From Piromyces finnis finn (taxonomy: Eukaryota; Fungi; Neocallimastigomycota), in contig MCFH01000011.1 of assembly GCA_002104945.1 (NCBI GenBank), positions 372,001-436,000 of the forward strand: DNA of 64,000 nt, read 5' to 3'. Positions 62,652 to 64,000 of the stretch are shown one piece after another. The notes under the pieces are model-generated. The model was not told the origin of the DNA and ran no database searches. It saw nothing but the letters and a program-made list of their open reading frames with translations. Within the stretch, counting starts at the first letter, position 1. The number at the start of each line of letters is the position of its first letter. Made by a program: the position numbers and the translations under genes.

Positions 62652-63827
62652 TCATTGAATAGAATTATAATTAAATTTTGTATTTTCGATATATTGACCG
62701 ATGAAAGATTTATTTTTTTGAAAATGTGAGTTATCTTGTGAATTTGAGCATTTAAAAACATTAGTGAAAGATGGCATATTTATAGAATGGCAAGAAGAAG
62801 TAGTTGATTTAATATCATTCTCTATAAATGGAATAGCATTGGATTGAGGAGGTGATGAAGTAGTTTCATTAATTGAAACAAATGAACTAATGGATGATAG
62901 TTTTACTTCTTTGTTTTTATCTGCATAAATTCGAAGTAATATTTGATCCATATACATAACATAATAATTAATGTATGAAAAGGAATAACGATATTCAAGC
63001 ATAATGGTATAAATACTTTCAAACTGAGAACCAAATATATAAAAGACAATGGTTACTGGGATGATAATTAAGGATAAAATAACAGAAATAATGATACGAT
63101 ATTCTGAAGTTTGTTTTAATTTTTCAAAGAAATTATTTTTCATTAATACCTTATTATCCTTATATTTTTTAAAAAGGTTTTTCCTTAGATAATAAATTAG
63201 CATGACATCGTATATAACGCTTACTATTTGAATGACCAATGAATTGGCAATTGTATACGCCATTAACGATTTGATTCTTTCAAAATCTTCTTTATCATCC
63301 TTAAATCTTGGTCTAAAAAATATGGGTACCAAAAAACAACATGCTTTTGTTAAGTTGAAAAAGATACATGTAATGTATAATTGTAGTATCCGTTCATGAC
63401 AAAGTATAGCTTTTGTTCTTAATAAAAAATACCAATCACCAATAATTTCAGAAGTAAAACAAAGCATGGGAGATAACACAAAAAACAAATACCACATTCT
63501 TTCAGTATATGCATCTATATTATCCTTATTTTCTACGAGCATTAAATTGATAATATTACTTAATGAGTAATTACTGGAATGGAAAAACCAAAACCCAATT
63601 AATATATAAATAATTGGTTTATTCCATTTATTTCTATTAATCAATAGCACTAATAATAACCAAGGAAAAAATGGATTGTTAATGTATGAAACTAATGTAT
63701 TTTCTTTATGAATATGTGTATCTGCAAATGTCGAATAACTGGTGAAAAAAGTAAAATTAGATAAATACATTTCGTCATGTCGACTGAATTGAATAAGTTT
63801 TTCTGAAAAATCGAATGGAATATTCAT
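62652..63827 (-). CDS. Intronless multi-pass (about 7 TM) membrane protein, GPCR-like, no large ectodomain
   Basis: 391-codon ORF with about seven hydrophobic segments (NPFFPWLLLVLLI, WNKPIIYILIGFWFF, SEIIGDWYFLLRTKA, YYVMYMDQILLR) and a Ser-rich C-tail. Confidence 0.75.
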   Translation of the reverse strand: MNIPFDFSEKLIQFSRHDEMYLSNFTFFTSYSTFADTHIHKENTLVSYINNPFFPWLLLVLLINRNKWNKPIIYILIGFWFFHSSNYSLSNIINLMLVENKDNIDAYTERMWYLFFVLSPMLCFTSEIIGDWYFLLRTKAILCHERILQLYITCIFFNLTKACCFLVPIFFRPRFKDDKEDFERIKSLMAYTIANSLVIQIVSVIYDVMLIYYLRKNLFKKYKDNKVLMKNNFFEKLKQTSEYRIIISVILSLIIIPVTIVFYIFGSQFESIYTIMLEYRYSFSYINYYVMYMDQILLRIYADKNKEVKLSSISSFVSINETTSSPPQSNAIPFIENDIKSTTSSCHSINMPSFTNVFKCSNSQDNSHFQKNKSFIGQYIENTKFNYNSIQ

Positions 63828-64000
63828 TTTGTAATTTTTTAATTTTAATTATTTTTTTTAAAAAAAAAACCTTTTCTTTTTTTACTATTTTTTTTGTTGT
63901 TGTTGCTGTTATTGTTGTTGTTAGGAATTAATGGCCTATATATAGCAATGTTTAATACATATATCTGTACAGTGTTGTATTATTATTATTATTTTAATAT

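Overview
Extremely AT-rich eukaryotic genomic DNA with spliceosomal GT-AG introns. It is almost certainly from an anaerobic gut fungus (Neocallimastigomycota), given the fungal-dockerin (CBM10) protein, the SBP-fused class C-like GPCRs and the organelle-targeted IscU. Host genes: a partial EamA/DMT transporter, a divergent Prs1-type PRPP synthetase, ISU1, a bacterial-type flavodoxin duplicated in a ~1.55 kb near-perfect inverted repeat, a secreted five-dockerin protein with a GPI-like tail and no catalytic domain, two tandem SBP-GPCR paralogues, an intronless 7TM protein, and several orphan or frameshifted ORFs. Mobile DNA: several decayed APE-RT LINE copies from two families, a candidate tRNA-derived SINE whose 3' tail shares a two-hairpin structure with the LINE, and an intact 7.9 kb Ty3/Gypsy element. 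That element has apparently identical 710 bp LTRs, a tRNA-Ala PBS and a -1 frameshift pseudoknot, and it sits about 20 nt upstream of the SINE's Pol III A box, as Ty3 does at Pol III genes. All gene models, alignments and RNA structures were worked out by eye; no database searches were run.
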